64,000 bases of DNA from Shigella phage CT01: the sequence record OK018184. The stretch is one strand, 5' to 3'. Positions 38,680-48,906 of the stretch are shown here, one piece after another (position 1 is the stretch's first letter; every line of letters begins with the position of its first letter). A program made the position numbers and the translations under genes. A model generated the notes under the pieces. The model searched no databases. It saw nothing but the letters and a program-made list of their open reading frames with translations, and was not told the origin of the DNA.

Positions 38680-40245
38680 ATGACTATCAAAACTAAAGCT
38701 GAACTTTTGAACAAATGGAAGCCATTACTGGAAGGTGAAGGTTTACCGGAAATTGCTAATAGCAAACAAGCGATTATCGCTAAAATCTTTGAAAACCAGG
38801 AAAAAGATTTCCAGACAGCTCCAGAGTACAAAGACGAAAAAATTGCTCAGGCATTCGGTTCTTTCTTAACAGAAGCTGAAATCGGTGGTGACCACGGTTA
38901 CAACGCTACTAACATCGCTGCTGGTCAGACTTCTGGCGCAGTAACTCAGATTGGCCCAGCTGTTATGGGTATGGTACGTCGTGCTATTCCTAACCTGATT
39001 GCTTTCGATATTTGCGGTGTTCAGCCGATGAACAGCCCAACTGGTCAGGTATTCGCACTGCGTGCTGTATATGGTAAAGACCCAATCGCTTCAGGTGCTA
39101 AAGAAGCATTCCACCCAATGTATGGTCCAGATGCAATGTTCTCTGGTCAGGGTGCTGCTAAGAAATTCGCTGCTTTGAAAGCAAGTGATACTCTTGAAGT
39201 TGGAACTATTTACACCCACTTCTTCCAGGACACTGGTACTGTGTATCTGCAAGCTACAGAAGCTAAACAAATTGATTCCACTGCATCTGACGTAGCTAAA
39301 TTAGATGCTGAAATTAAGAAACAAATGGAAGCTGGTGTACTGGTAGAAATCGCTGAAGGTATGGCTACTTCTATCGCTGAACTTCAGGAAGGTTTCAACG
39401 GTTCTACCGATAACCCATGGAATGAAATGGGCTTCCGTATCGATAAACAAGTTATCGAAGCTAAATCTCGTCAGCTGAAAGCTGCTTACTCTATCGAATT
39501 AGCACAAGACCTCCGCGCTGTTCACGGTATGGATGCTGATGCTGAACTGTCTGGTATTCTGGCTACCGAAATCATGCTGGAAATCAACCGTGAAGTTGTT
39601 GATTGGATTAACTACTCAGCTCAGGTTGGTAAATCTGGTATGACCCTGACTCCAGGTTCTAAAGCTGGTGTATTTGACTTCCAGGATCCGATTGATATTC
39701 GTGGTGCTCGCTGGGCGGGTGAATCCTTTAAAGCTCTGTTGTTCCAGATTGACAAAGAAGCAGTTGAAATTGCTCGTCAGACCGGTCGTGGTGAAGGTAA
39801 CTTCATTATCGCTTCCCGTAACGTAGTTAACGTTCTGGCTTCAGTTGATACTGGCATTTCTTATGCTGCACAGGGTCTGGCTACCGGCTTTAACACTGAT
39901 ACTACCAAGTCAGTATTTGCTGGTGTTCTGGGTGGTAAATACCGTGTATATATCGACCAGTATGCTAAACAGGATTATTTCACTGTAGGTTATAAAGGTC
40001 CGAACGAAATGGATGCTGGTATTTACTATGCTCCATATGTAGCTCTGACTCCGCTGCGTGGTTCCGATCCGAAGAACTTCCAACCAGTAATGGGATTCAA
40101 AACTCGTTACGGTATCGGTATCAACCCATTTGCAGAATCCGCTGCTCAGGCTCCGGCTTCTCGCATCCAGAGCGGTATGCCTTCTATTCTGAATAGCCTT
40201 GGTAAAAACGCTTACTTCCGCCGTGTATATGTTAAAGGTATCTAA
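38680..40245 (+). CDS. 23: major capsid protein gp23
   Basis: 521 aa; MTIKTKAELLNKWKPLLEGEGLPEIANSKQAIIAKIFENQ… closely matches remembered T4 gp23. Confidence 0.95.
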   Translation: MTIKTKAELLNKWKPLLEGEGLPEIANSKQAIIAKIFENQEKDFQTAPEYKDEKIAQAFGSFLTEAEIGGDHGYNATNIAAGQTSGAVTQIGPAVMGMVRRAIPNLIAFDICGVQPMNSPTGQVFALRAVYGKDPIASGAKEAFHPMYGPDAMFSGQGAAKKFAALKASDTLEVGTIYTHFFQDTGTVYLQATEAKQIDSTASDVAKLDAEIKKQMEAGVLVEIAEGMATSIAELQEGFNGSTDNPWNEMGFRIDKQVIEAKSRQLKAAYSIELAQDLRAVHGMDADAELSGILATEIMLEINREVVDWINYSAQVGKSGMTLTPGSKAGVFDFQDPIDIRGARWAGESFKALLFQIDKEAVEIARQTGRGEGNFIIASRNVVNVLASVDTGISYAAQGLATGFNTDTTKSVFAGVLGGKYRVYIDQYAKQDYFTVGYKGPNEMDAGIYYAPYVALTPLRGSDPKNFQPVMGFKTRYGIGINPFAESAAQAPASRIQSGMPSILNSLGKNAYFRRVYVKGI

Positions 40246-40260
40246 TCTTTGACGATTTAA

Positions 40261-40290
40261 GGGACCTTCGGGTCCCTTTAGTTGTTTTTA
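40261..40290 (+). terminator. intrinsic terminator between genes 23 and 24
   Basis: gggaccttcgggtccc hairpin followed by a T-rich tract. Confidence 0.55.
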
Positions 40291-40293
40291 TGG

Positions 40294-40301
40294 TATAAAT
40301 A
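40294..40301 (+). promoter_or_regulatory. late promoter TATAAATA for gene 24
   Basis: exact TATAAATA about 28 bp upstream of the gp24 ATG. Confidence 0.55.
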
Positions 40302-40328
40302 AATCATATAAACCAAAAGGAAAGCGCA

Positions 40329-41612
40329 ATGGCTAAAATCAACGAACTTCTGCGCGAATCAACCACAACGAATAGCAACTCAATCGGTCGCCCAAATCTC
40401 GTTGCTTTGACTCGCGCTACCACTAAATTAATATATTCTGACATTGTAGCAACGCAAAGAACTAATCAACCTGTTGCTGCTTTTTATGGTATCAAATACC
40501 TTAATCCAGATAACGAATTTACTTTTAAAACTGGTGCTACTTACGCTGGCGAAGCTGGATATGTAGACCGAGAACAAATCACAGAATTAACAGAAGAGTC
40601 TAAATTAACTCTCAATAAAGGCGATTTATTCAAATATAATAATATCGTTTATAAAGTATTAGAAGATACACCATTTGCTACCATTGAAGAAAGCGATTTA
40701 GAATTAGCTCTTCAGATTGCAATTGTTCTTTTAAAGGTTCGTCTATTTTCTGATGCAGCATCAACAAGCAAATTTGAAAGTTCTGATAGCGAAATTGCGG
40801 ATGCTAGATTCCAGATTAATAAATGGCAAACCGCAGTTAAATCTCGTAAACTTAAAACTGGCATCACAGTTGAATTAGCACAAGATTTAGAAGCAAATGG
40901 ATTCGATGCTCCTAATTTCTTGGAAGATTTGCTTGCAACTGAAATGGCGGATGAAATCAATAAAGATATTCTGCAGTCTTTGATTACAGTATCAAAACGA
41001 TATAAAGTTACAGGAATTACTGATACTGGATTCATTGATTTGAGTTATGCATCTGCACCTGAAGCTGGCCGTTCATTATACCGAATGGTATGTGAAATGG
41101 TTTCGCATATCCAAAAAGAATCAACTTATACTGCAACGTTCTGTGTTGCTTCAGCTCGTGCCGCTGCGATTCTTGCTGCATCAGGTTGGTTAAAACATAA
41201 ACCAGAAGATGATAAATATCTTTCACAAAATGCCTATGGGTTCTTAGCTAATGGTTTACCGCTTTATTGCGATACTAACAGCCCATTAGATTATGTAATC
41301 GTTGGTGTAGTAGAAAATATCGGTGAAAAAGAAATTGTTGGATCAATTTTCTATGCTCCGTATACAGAAGGTCTTGACTTAGATGACCCTGAACATGTAG
41401 GTGCATTTAAAGTTGTAGTTGATCCAGAAAGTTTGCAGCCATCTATCGGTTTATTAGTTAGATATGCTTTATCAGCAAATCCTTACACTGTAGCAAAAGA
41501 TGAAAAAGAAGCAAGAATAATTGATGGTGGAGACATGGATAAAATGGCGGGTCGTTCAGATTTGTCTGTTTTATTAGGTGTTAAGCTACCAAAAATTATC
41601 GTTGATGAATAA
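40329..41612 (+). CDS. 24: capsid vertex protein gp24
   Basis: 427 aa, gp23 paralogue by size and position. Confidence 0.85.
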   Translation: MAKINELLRESTTTNSNSIGRPNLVALTRATTKLIYSDIVATQRTNQPVAAFYGIKYLNPDNEFTFKTGATYAGEAGYVDREQITELTEESKLTLNKGDLFKYNNIVYKVLEDTPFATIEESDLELALQIAIVLLKVRLFSDAASTSKFESSDSEIADARFQINKWQTAVKSRKLKTGITVELAQDLEANGFDAPNFLEDLLATEMADEINKDILQSLITVSKRYKVTGITDTGFIDLSYASAPEAGRSLYRMVCEMVSHIQKESTYTATFCVASARAAAILAASGWLKHKPEDDKYLSQNAYGFLANGLPLYCDTNSPLDYVIVGVVENIGEKEIVGSIFYAPYTEGLDLDDPEHVGAFKVVVDPESLQPSIGLLVRYALSANPYTVAKDEKEARIIDGGDMDKMAGRSDLSVLLGVKLPKIIVDE

Positions 41613-41618
41613 AACAAA

Positions 41619-41640
41619 GGGACCGAAAGGTCCCTTTTTA
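41619..41640. terminator. bidirectional hairpin terminator between gene 24 and rnlB
   Basis: gggaccgaaaggtccc flanked by A-run and T-run, between convergent genes. Confidence 0.55.
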
Positions 41641-41641
41641 T

Positions 41642-42646
41642 TTAACTTACCAATTCAATCCAAGCCGGACGAAGTACATCTTGTACCATTTTAACTAATT
41701 CCTTTTTAATCAAAGAAGGATTATCTGCTTGAGTTAGAGTAATACCTTCACGAGAAGTTTCTTCCAAAATATCTTGAACAGTTAGTCCCATCACCTTTCC
41801 AAAATCCTTTGGACCAATTTCGCCAATTTTAGAAATAACGTTATTTACTCGGTTCAGTGTAACATAGCAAGCTAAAATTCCCAGCAATTTATTATCAGCT
41901 TCTGACAGCTCAACTTTAGCTTTAATAGGCTTATCAGACTTTTTCTTTTCGCTAAATTTAGAGTTCTTGCATTTGATGGCTACGCGATTGCCATTAGGCA
42001 TCCAAGAAGGATAACAAGGTTTCAATACATATCCTTCAGCAGTAAATACTTCGCCTTTTGCTTCTGCATTCCAAACGCATTTATTTGCATCAACTAATCC
42101 AGCATGGTCTACTGTAAAATTATAATCCTGGACAACAGAATCTAAATCGTTTGGCAATTTAATAAGCTCTTCAAATTTACCGCGACCTAAAAGTGGAGCC
42201 ATTTTAAATTTAAATGTATTACAAAATGATTCCATCATATAATCATCGACATAAGTTACATCACCGCTTTCCGTAGTAACAATAATGTCAAATACATAAA
42301 AATCTTTATCACCATAATCGACATTCTTCTGAATGCCAGGTCCAGCGAATTCGCCGAAGACTTGATAAGATACAACTGCTGAAGTTTCCATAATATCTTG
42401 TACTGCTTTAATGGAATCAGCGTAATTCTTTAGAATAATTTCATACCCAAAGAAATCTTCAGCAGGAAGAATAGGACCAGTACGTTTAGCACAAGTTACT
42501 TTATCACGCTCAATAATCAATGAAAAGTTTGTACCATGAATCTTTTCACGAGCTACCCATTCGCCGCCAGTCAATCCTAAACTGTAAAGTTTTTCAATGA
42601 ATTTAGAATTGTAATGATTTTCAAGACTGCTATACTTTTTAAACAT
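41642..42646 (-). CDS. rnlB: RNA ligase 2
   Basis: 334 aa; nucleotidyltransferase motif I KIHGTN. Confidence 0.8.
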   Translation of the reverse strand: MFKKYSSLENHYNSKFIEKLYSLGLTGGEWVAREKIHGTNFSLIIERDKVTCAKRTGPILPAEDFFGYEIILKNYADSIKAVQDIMETSAVVSYQVFGEFAGPGIQKNVDYGDKDFYVFDIIVTTESGDVTYVDDYMMESFCNTFKFKMAPLLGRGKFEELIKLPNDLDSVVQDYNFTVDHAGLVDANKCVWNAEAKGEVFTAEGYVLKPCYPSWMPNGNRVAIKCKNSKFSEKKKSDKPIKAKVELSEADNKLLGILACYVTLNRVNNVISKIGEIGPKDFGKVMGLTVQDILEETSREGITLTQADNPSLIKKELVKMVQDVLRPAWIELVS

Positions 42647-42655
42647 AATTAATCC

Positions 42656-42934
42656 TCAAAATGTAATTTCTAACCAATCACCATCACGTTGATCACTATT
42701 GACTTTAAAGCTAAATCCTTCTTTTCTCAGCCAATCACCAATTTCTTCAGTAATCAATTTATCGCGAGCGGTACAATAATAACTAAAATATGTTTTACCT
42801 TGTTCAGCTGCTTTATTAGCAAGTTCCGAAAAATCTTTAATAAAACACTCTAGTTTAAACTGTTTACTTTTAAGTGCTTTTTCGCGTAATTGATTAGCAA
42901 AAGATTCATTTTCATAAAGATCATACTGTTCCAT
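42656..42934 (-). CDS. hypothetical protein
   Basis: 92 aa ORF on the operon strand. Confidence 0.45.
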   Translation of the reverse strand: MEQYDLYENESFANQLREKALKSKQFKLECFIKDFSELANKAAEQGKTYFSYYCTARDKLITEEIGDWLRKEGFSFKVNSDQRDGDWLEITF

Positions 42935-43136
42935 TTTTCACCTTTTTATTAATATGTCTTTTTCTATAGACAACTTTTTCTCGAGTCTCAAATTTATTCT
43001 TAGCAGTCATAGCTCGAGCCCACAATACAGCCACTTCTTTCGCCTGTAAGTTCAATTCACGAGCAATTTCAATGAATGACTTTCCAGACTCATGAAGAGT
43101 AAACACCACAACCTCAGTTCTCATAATCAATCTCAT
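42921..43136 (-). CDS. small putative DNA-binding protein
   Basis: 71 aa; possible helix-turn-helix (…SGKSFIEIARELNLQAKEVAVLWARA…). Confidence 0.35.
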   Translation of the reverse strand: MRLIMRTEVVVFTLHESGKSFIEIARELNLQAKEVAVLWARAMTAKNKFETREKVVYRKRHINKKVKNGTV

Positions 43137-43202
43137 GTTATCGAGTTGGTGACATTATATACATCGTTTTCTGATTGTGTTTTGTGTGCTTTCAAAATGA
43201 AG

Positions 43203-43220
43203 AAAGGGGCCGAAGCCCCT
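43203..43220 (-). terminator. hairpin downstream of hoc
   Basis: aaggggccgaagcccctt hairpin just past the hoc stop. Confidence 0.4.
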
Positions 43221-43225
43221 TATGA

Positions 43226-44356
43226 TTATGGATAGGTATAGATGATACCAGTTTCTAAAGCAGTTTTATGAATGATGTATCCATTGCGCGATTCTTGAAC
43301 ATCAACTTCTGGATAGTCTTTCATCATCTTCTGAAGAGTGTAACGATGCAAGTAGTACTTACTATCTGGGTCGTCAGTTTTCCAATCTTTACCTTCTTCA
43401 GTCATTTTTTGGATTTCATCCATAACCCACCAACCACACCAGATGTAAGCTGAAGTGCGATGTGGAAGAGGATGAACATAAGGTAATTCACCTTCTGGTT
43501 CCGGAGCAACTTTATCAGTTACCTGAACTTGACCTTCTGCTGTAATAGTTTTGCTATCATAATCAGTAGCGGTAACAGTTGCAGTAACTTCAATAGTTTG
43601 ACTTCCAATAGATGATGTATCAACGGTGTATACATTAGTTGACCCTTCTACTGGAGAAGAATCTTTCTTCCATGAATATTCAATTTGCGCTTCTTCTGGA
43701 GCATCAGTGACATTAGCAGTAAATGTAGCTGAAGCATCTTGTTGAACGTTAATAGAAGGAGGAGTCAATGTAACCTGTGGATTCATTGTCTTCTTATTAA
43801 CTGTTAATGATACTTCATTAGAAGTAACTTCCTTTGCATCATAATCAGCCGCGGTTACTTGAGCTACACACTTAATTGTTTTAACTCCGCTTGCATCAGG
43901 AGTGTAATTGAATGTAGCAGAAGTTGCTTCGCTTACAGGAGAACCGTCAACGTACCATTGATACGTAGCAGATGCACCTGATGGCTGTGAAGCTAAGGCA
44001 GCGGTAAATTCAATTGGAGTTCCAATCACTCCAGCATCAGGGCTACCAGGAGTTACAGCTAAGGTAGTTGTCTGTGTCTTATTTTGAACTGTGATAGTTG
44101 TACTAATTTCAGCTGTTTCAACTTCAGCTTCTGGAACTGTATTTGTTGCAACGACTTTAATAGTCTTTTGACCGGCAGGTCCTTTTAATACATAATCAAA
44201 AGTTGCGGCTGATCCTTCTTGTGGAGCATTATCTACACTCCAAGCATAGGTAATAGTTCCACCTCCAGTTTCACCACTGGGTGTAGCAGTAAACTGCTGA
44301 GTCTGATCTATAACTCCAGTAGGTGTTTTAGGAGTTATATCAACTGTAAAAGCCAT
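43226..44356 (-). CDS. hoc: highly immunogenic outer capsid protein Hoc
   Basis: 376 aa; repeated Thr/Val-rich beta (Ig-like) segments; T4 Hoc size and position. Confidence 0.8.
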   Translation of the reverse strand: MAFTVDITPKTPTGVIDQTQQFTATPSGETGGGTITYAWSVDNAPQEGSAATFDYVLKGPAGQKTIKVVATNTVPEAEVETAEISTTITVQNKTQTTTLAVTPGSPDAGVIGTPIEFTAALASQPSGASATYQWYVDGSPVSEATSATFNYTPDASGVKTIKCVAQVTAADYDAKEVTSNEVSLTVNKKTMNPQVTLTPPSINVQQDASATFTANVTDAPEEAQIEYSWKKDSSPVEGSTNVYTVDTSSIGSQTIEVTATVTATDYDSKTITAEGQVQVTDKVAPEPEGELPYVHPLPHRTSAYIWCGWWVMDEIQKMTEEGKDWKTDDPDSKYYLHRYTLQKMMKDYPEVDVQESRNGYIIHKTALETGIIYTYP

Positions 44357-44365
44357 AAGTTATCC

Positions 44366-45046
44366 TTATTTTAATGTTACGAAAGAAGAATTACGTGTTT
44401 CACGAATTAGAACTGATCCGTCACGGTTAATGTAGTAAATTAAGCTAAACAGAGTTTGATGTGCCGACGCGTGTTCAAAACTAGTTGGGTGAGATTTCCA
44501 ATCCGGAGTTTCAGCAATCCATTGGTAAATCCACCAAGGAACAGTACAGAATCCTGGATTTTTTCCAATCAGCTGAAGATTCGGACTAAAGTTTTCCGGA
44601 AGAGTAAATACAGACGGCTTTTCAGATTCAATAATCTCAGCTACAGCCTGTTCGAATTTTTCTTCAACAAAAGGAGTATCTTCAATCAAAACATCGGTAT
44701 TTTCAGGAATTTTATCCATTTCTACTACTTCAATTTTAATGTCAGATTTAACCGGAGAATCAATCAGAAGTGCTGCTTCTGGATTGACTTCTTCATCGTC
44801 ATATTTTAATCCCTCTGCAGCATCAGCAGCATTAATTAAGTCTTTAATAGATAACCCATCAGTCTCTGGCATAGGTTCACTAGCGAGCTTCTGGAGAGCT
44901 TCTTCAATATCATTAACGATATTATCAAAAGATTTATTCTTTTTGACCTTTATACCAAACTGTTCAGCATATTCAGCTAATTTAGCTTTAGCTTCTTTAT
45001 TATCATCAAGAGCCTTCAGCTCTGCAATATAATCTTTATCTATCAT
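44366..45046 (-). CDS. inh: inhibitor of prohead protease Inh
   Basis: 226 aa, acidic N-terminal half; adjacent to hoc as in T4. Confidence 0.65.
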   Translation of the reverse strand: MIDKDYIAELKALDDNKEAKAKLAEYAEQFGIKVKKNKSFDNIVNDIEEALQKLASEPMPETDGLSIKDLINAADAAEGLKYDDEEVNPEAALLIDSPVKSDIKIEVVEMDKIPENTDVLIEDTPFVEEKFEQAVAEIIESEKPSVFTLPENFSPNLQLIGKNPGFCTVPWWIYQWIAETPDWKSHPTSFEHASAHQTLFSLIYYINRDGSVLIRETRNSSFVTLK

Positions 45047-45059
45047 AATATTTCCTCAG

Positions 45060-45067
45060 TATAAATA
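45060..45067 (+). promoter_or_regulatory. late promoter TATAAATA for uvsW
   Basis: exact TATAAATA about 30 bp upstream of the uvsW ATG. Confidence 0.5.
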
Positions 45068-45096
45068 TAGATATATTTATTACATGGTATTTAGAC

Positions 45097-46608
45097 ATGA
45101 CTGACATTAAAGTACATTTTTATGATTTTAGTCACGTGAGAATTGATTGTGAAGAAAGTACATTTCATGAACTCCGTGATTTCTTTAGCTTTGAAGCTGA
45201 TGGGTATCGTTTTAATCCGAAGTACAAATATGGCCACTGGGATGGACGAATCCGTCTTTTAGATTATAATCGTCTTCTTCCATTCGGCTTAGTCGGACAA
45301 ATTAAAAAGTTCTGCGATAACTTTGGCTATAAAGCCTGGATTGACCCGCAAATTAACGAAAAAGAAGAATTATCAAGAAAAGATTTTGATGAATGGCTTT
45401 CTAAATTAGAAATCTATTCAGGAAATAAAAGAATTGAACCGCATTGGTATCAAAAAGATGCAGTGTTCGAAGGATTAGTTAATCGTCGTAGAATTCTTAA
45501 TCTACCAACATCCGCAGGTAAATCTTTAATTCAAGCTTTGCTTGCACGTTATTATTTGGAAAATTATGAAGGTAAAATTCTTATCATTGTTCCAACAACC
45601 GCTTTAACAACTCAGATGGCTGATGACTTTGTTGACTATCGTTTATTCAGTCATGCAATGATAAAGAAAATTGGCGGTGGAGCATCAAAAGATGATAAAT
45701 ATAAAAATGATGCACCAGTCGTTGTTGGTACATGGCAAACTGTAGTAAAACAACCGAAAGAATGGTTCTCACAGTTTGGAATGATGATGAATGATGAATG
45801 CCATCTTGCTACAGGAAAAAGTATTTCATCTATCATATCAGGTTTAAATAACTGCATGTTTAAATTCGGTCTATCAGGTTCATTACGTGATGGCAAAGCC
45901 AATATCATGCAGTATGTTGGAATGTTTGGTGAAATATTTAAGCCAGTAACGACTTCTAAATTAATGGAAGATGGACAAGTAACTGAGTTAAAAATTAATA
46001 GTATTTTTCTTCGCTATCCCGATGAGTTCACTACTAAATTAAAGGGAAAAACTTACCAAGAAGAAATAAAAATTATTACTGGGCTCAGTAAAAGAAATAA
46101 ATGGATCGCTAAATTAGCTATTAAGCTTGCGCAAAAAGATGAAAACGCTTTTGTCATGTTTAAACACGTATCACACGGTAAAGCTATTTTCGATTTAATT
46201 AAAAATGAATACGATAAAGTTTATTACGTATCAGGGGAAGTTGATACCGAAACACGCAACGTAATGAAAACCCTAGCTGAAAACGGTAAAGGAATAATTA
46301 TAGTAGCTAGTTATGGTGTATTTTCTACTGGTATTTCAGTTAAAAATCTGCATCACGTTATTTTAGCACACGGTGTTAAATCTAAAATTATTGTATTGCA
46401 AACAATAGGTCGCGTATTACGTAAGCATGGTTCTAAAACAATCGCAACAGTCTGGGACCTCATAGATGATTGCGGTGTTAAGCCAAAATCTGCTAATACG
46501 AAAAAGAAATACGTTCATTTGAACTATCTTTTAAAACACGGCATTGATCGTATTCAGCGCTACGCAGATGAAAAATTTAATTACGTAATGAAAACAGTTA
46601 ATTTATAA
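45097..46608 (+). CDS. uvsW: UvsW DNA/RNA helicase
   Basis: 503 aa; helicase motif I PTSAGKS and motif II DECH. Confidence 0.85.
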   Translation: MTDIKVHFYDFSHVRIDCEESTFHELRDFFSFEADGYRFNPKYKYGHWDGRIRLLDYNRLLPFGLVGQIKKFCDNFGYKAWIDPQINEKEELSRKDFDEWLSKLEIYSGNKRIEPHWYQKDAVFEGLVNRRRILNLPTSAGKSLIQALLARYYLENYEGKILIIVPTTALTTQMADDFVDYRLFSHAMIKKIGGGASKDDKYKNDAPVVVGTWQTVVKQPKEWFSQFGMMMNDECHLATGKSISSIISGLNNCMFKFGLSGSLRDGKANIMQYVGMFGEIFKPVTTSKLMEDGQVTELKINSIFLRYPDEFTTKLKGKTYQEEIKIITGLSKRNKWIAKLAIKLAQKDENAFVMFKHVSHGKAIFDLIKNEYDKVYYVSGEVDTETRNVMKTLAENGKGIIIVASYGVFSTGISVKNLHHVILAHGVKSKIIVLQTIGRVLRKHGSKTIATVWDLIDDCGVKPKSANTKKKYVHLNYLLKHGIDRIQRYADEKFNYVMKTVNL

Positions 46609-46621
46609 GGGCTTCGGCCCT

Positions 46622-46864
46622 TTGGAGAAAAAGATGTTACTAGAATTTAAACAATTTCTTTATGAAGCTTCTATTGATGAATTTATGGGTAAAATTGCCT
46701 CTTGTCAAACATTAGAAGGTCTAGAAGAACTTGAAGCTTATTATAAGAAAAGAGTTAAAGAAACTGAATTAAAAGATACTGATGACATCTCTGTGAGAGA
46801 TGCTTTGGCAGGAAAAAGAGCTGAATTAGAAGATTCAGACGATGAAGTAGAAGAAAGCTTTTAA
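46622..46864 (+). CDS. uvsW.1: UvsW.1-like small acidic protein
   Basis: 80 aa acidic ORF immediately after uvsW. Confidence 0.6.
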   Translation: MEKKMLLEFKQFLYEASIDEFMGKIASCQTLEGLEELEAYYKKRVKETELKDTDDISVRDALAGKRAELEDSDDEVEESF

Positions 46865-46919
46865 ATTAAAAAAGGCCCAACCAAAAAGGAAGGGCCAAAA
46901 CTATAGACTAAAGGTCACA

Positions 46920-47087
46920 CTATAGCAAAAGTTGTGTTTCATTTAATTGTTCTTCCGAACTTTCTGAAACTGGTAGTTCTTTAATGTAATTATAACAAGG
47001 CCCAGGATGTACAGGACCTTTGTCTGTTTCAACAACCAATGCAGAATCGATTGGAGTTTTACAGACAACACAAATCTTATCTGACAT
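46920..47087 (-). CDS. small 55-aa protein (uvsY.-1-like position), not in the ORF track
   Basis: hand-translated minus strand: MSDKICVVCKTPIDSALVVETDKGPVHPGPCYNYIKELPVSESSEEQLNETQLLL; GAGGAG 6 nt upstream of ATG; two TATAAATA motifs upstream. Confidence 0.4.
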   Translation of the reverse strand: MSDKICVVCKTPIDSALVVETDKGPVHPGPCYNYIKELPVSESSEEQLNETQLLL

Positions 47088-47112
47088 GATTGTCTCCTCT
47101 AAATTATATATC

Positions 47113-47132
47113 TATTTATATATCTATTTATA
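47113..47132 (-). promoter_or_regulatory. two tandem late promoter motifs (minus strand)
   Basis: plus-strand TATTTATA at 47113-47120 and 47125-47132 inside a duplicated atatatctatttat block. Confidence 0.45.
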
Positions 47133-47352
47133 TAACTCTCATATGCATATCAATGCCCATATCTTTGGAATAAAAATATTCATCAAGATATCCGGCAAAT
47201 TTTCCTTTAATATAAAGTACATCTTCACCGCATGGGTGGTCGGCCAGGATACGAATATCCTGACGCTTGAGATTATACTTTTTCATTAAGAATTGAATTT
47301 CCGTTTCGAATTCTTCTTCATAATTAAAAGCATCATCAATGCTATATTTCAT
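47128..47352 (-). CDS. small protein (uvsY.-2-like position)
   Basis: 74 aa ORF directly downstream of uvsY on the same strand. Confidence 0.5.
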   Translation of the reverse strand: MKYSIDDAFNYEEEFETEIQFLMKKYNLKRQDIRILADHPCGEDVLYIKGKFAGYLDEYFYSKDMGIDMHMRVI

Positions 47353-47765
47353 TATTTTCCAGCCTCAAATGCTCGCATGTCTTGAATATGCTTAATAGCA
47401 AATCCACGTGATTTAATAGCATCAAGAGCTCCGCTACAGAAATCCAATAAAATTCCCCAATATTGTAATGAAGTATCAACTTTTAAAACATCCTTATCAG
47501 CTGATAGAACTGTCTTCATTTCTGATTTCTCATAACGGTCCATACTAAATTCATCACCATCTCCTCGTCCCGAGTAGTAGTCTAATTTAGCTTTAAGAGC
47601 AACTTTTTTCTGCGCTTCAATTCTAAGCATTTCCTTTTTAATACTTGAATGCTTATTAAGCCATTTACTATATAACATCACATTATTAGCTGCTTCATAC
47701 TGTAATTTAGTCGAATCTATAAACACATCTTTCTTCAATTCTTCTTGAAGATCTTCTAATTTCAT
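47352..47765 (-). CDS. uvsY: recombination mediator UvsY
   Basis: 137 aa; between uvsW and gene 25 as in T4. Confidence 0.75.
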   Translation of the reverse strand: MKLEDLQEELKKDVFIDSTKLQYEAANNVMLYSKWLNKHSSIKKEMLRIEAQKKVALKAKLDYYSGRGDGDEFSMDRYEKSEMKTVLSADKDVLKVDTSLQYWGILLDFCSGALDAIKSRGFAIKHIQDMRAFEAGK

Positions 47766-47831
47766 ATTGTTCTCTATTCAATTGTTATTGGATGGACTTA
47801 GATTCATTATACCACGTTTATACGTGAAGCA

Positions 47832-48230
47832 TTATACTCTATTACTGGAAGCCAGTTGCAGTTTTATCTGCTCAATATCATCAGGGTTATCGATGACCGA
47901 AAAGCGTATTTCTACTATAAGAGTATAATCATCATAAACCGGTATTACATTAACTGCTAATTTATCAATACGTGGCTCGTAGTTTCTTACTGCGCTTTCG
48001 ATGTTACGCTCAACTGTATCAGCAGTAAGAGGAGTCATATTCTCAAAAAGTTGATCAGATAAATCGCATCCAAATTCTGGGTCAAACGGTCTCGACCCTT
48101 TTCTGGTTGTGATAATTCCCAAAAGGCTATTTTTAATTGACCTTAATCCAAGAGATCTAGAAACATCTTTGTCCCAATCCATTTTCATTTCTGGGTCAAT
48201 GTCAGAATAAAGCTTATTAATATTTGCCAT
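47832..48230 (-). CDS. 25: baseplate wedge protein gp25
   Basis: 132 aa, T4 gp25 size and position. Confidence 0.8.
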   Translation of the reverse strand: MANINKLYSDIDPEMKMDWDKDVSRSLGLRSIKNSLLGIITTRKGSRPFDPEFGCDLSDQLFENMTPLTADTVERNIESAVRNYEPRIDKLAVNVIPVYDDYTLIVEIRFSVIDNPDDIEQIKLQLASSNRV

Positions 48231-48856
48231 TACAATAGCTCAAAGAATTCTTTGAGTCCTCTTATTACATGAGCGTGAGATTTTCCACACTCTGGACACT
48301 TAATTGGAACAGCCAAATAAACAGTAGGCTTTAAAAGCATATCTTTTATAGCTACAATATCTGACTCTGTGATGATAGAATATAAATCTTCCAACTCTTT
48401 TTCATTTAAGTCTTCAACTGGAATGCTTTCACCGTTAGCATGAATCGTTTCTATACATGATACTATCATGTGGGCTATATTTTTATCATCAAAAATTTTA
48501 GGGTAATGGAACTTAATTTTAATGTCACCCAGTGTATACCAGAGGTCTTCTGGTGCATCTATTTGTGTATGTAATAGATTTATATGGGTTGGTATTTCAG
48601 TTCCACAGGTGCACTTCCAGGAGTTTTCGTGATTAACTTCTCCAAGAGAATGTGCCCATAAATGAATCAATAGTAGTTCTGATTCTTGGCGGTTTAAATC
48701 TTTTGCATTTGTGCATTCTTTGATTAGCTTTTTAACGATCTCTTCTACTGAACCGTTCTTTTTAGCAGTAATAAGTTCTAGATATTCTTTAAGAGTAAAT
48801 GCGCGACAGTTGATTATTTTAGAACCAACTCTCACATCAAATTTGTATTCATACAT
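48230..48856 (-). CDS. 26: baseplate hub protein gp26
   Basis: 208 aa; Cys/His cluster; stop/start coupled to gene 25. Confidence 0.75.
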   Translation of the reverse strand: MYEYKFDVRVGSKIINCRAFTLKEYLELITAKKNGSVEEIVKKLIKECTNAKDLNRQESELLLIHLWAHSLGEVNHENSWKCTCGTEIPTHINLLHTQIDAPEDLWYTLGDIKIKFHYPKIFDDKNIAHMIVSCIETIHANGESIPVEDLNEKELEDLYSIITESDIVAIKDMLLKPTVYLAVPIKCPECGKSHAHVIRGLKEFFELL

Positions 48857-48877
48857 ATTTAGCTCCTTTATTTATCA

Positions 48878-48889
48878 TATTTATAAATA
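48878..48889. promoter_or_regulatory. overlapping divergent late promoters for gene 26 (minus) and gene 51 (plus)
   Basis: TATTTATAAATA contains TATAAATA on both strands, in the 50-bp gap between divergent genes. Confidence 0.5.
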
Positions 48890-48906
48890 GAATAAAAGGA
48901 GCATCT

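Noticed and set aside
42921-43136. Homing endonuclease or other mobile element in the intergenic ORFs (also 4927-5277)
   Set aside because: I looked for GIY-YIG, HNH and LAGLIDADG motifs and found none; only a weak helix-turn-helix-like segment in the 71-aa ORF, so no mobile element is claimed.
47020-47289. Plus-strand 89-aa ORF between uvsW.1 and uvsY
   Set aside because: It overlaps the late-promoter repeat block and two better-supported minus-strand ORFs (46920-47087 and 47128-47352); low-complexity sequence with no RBS.
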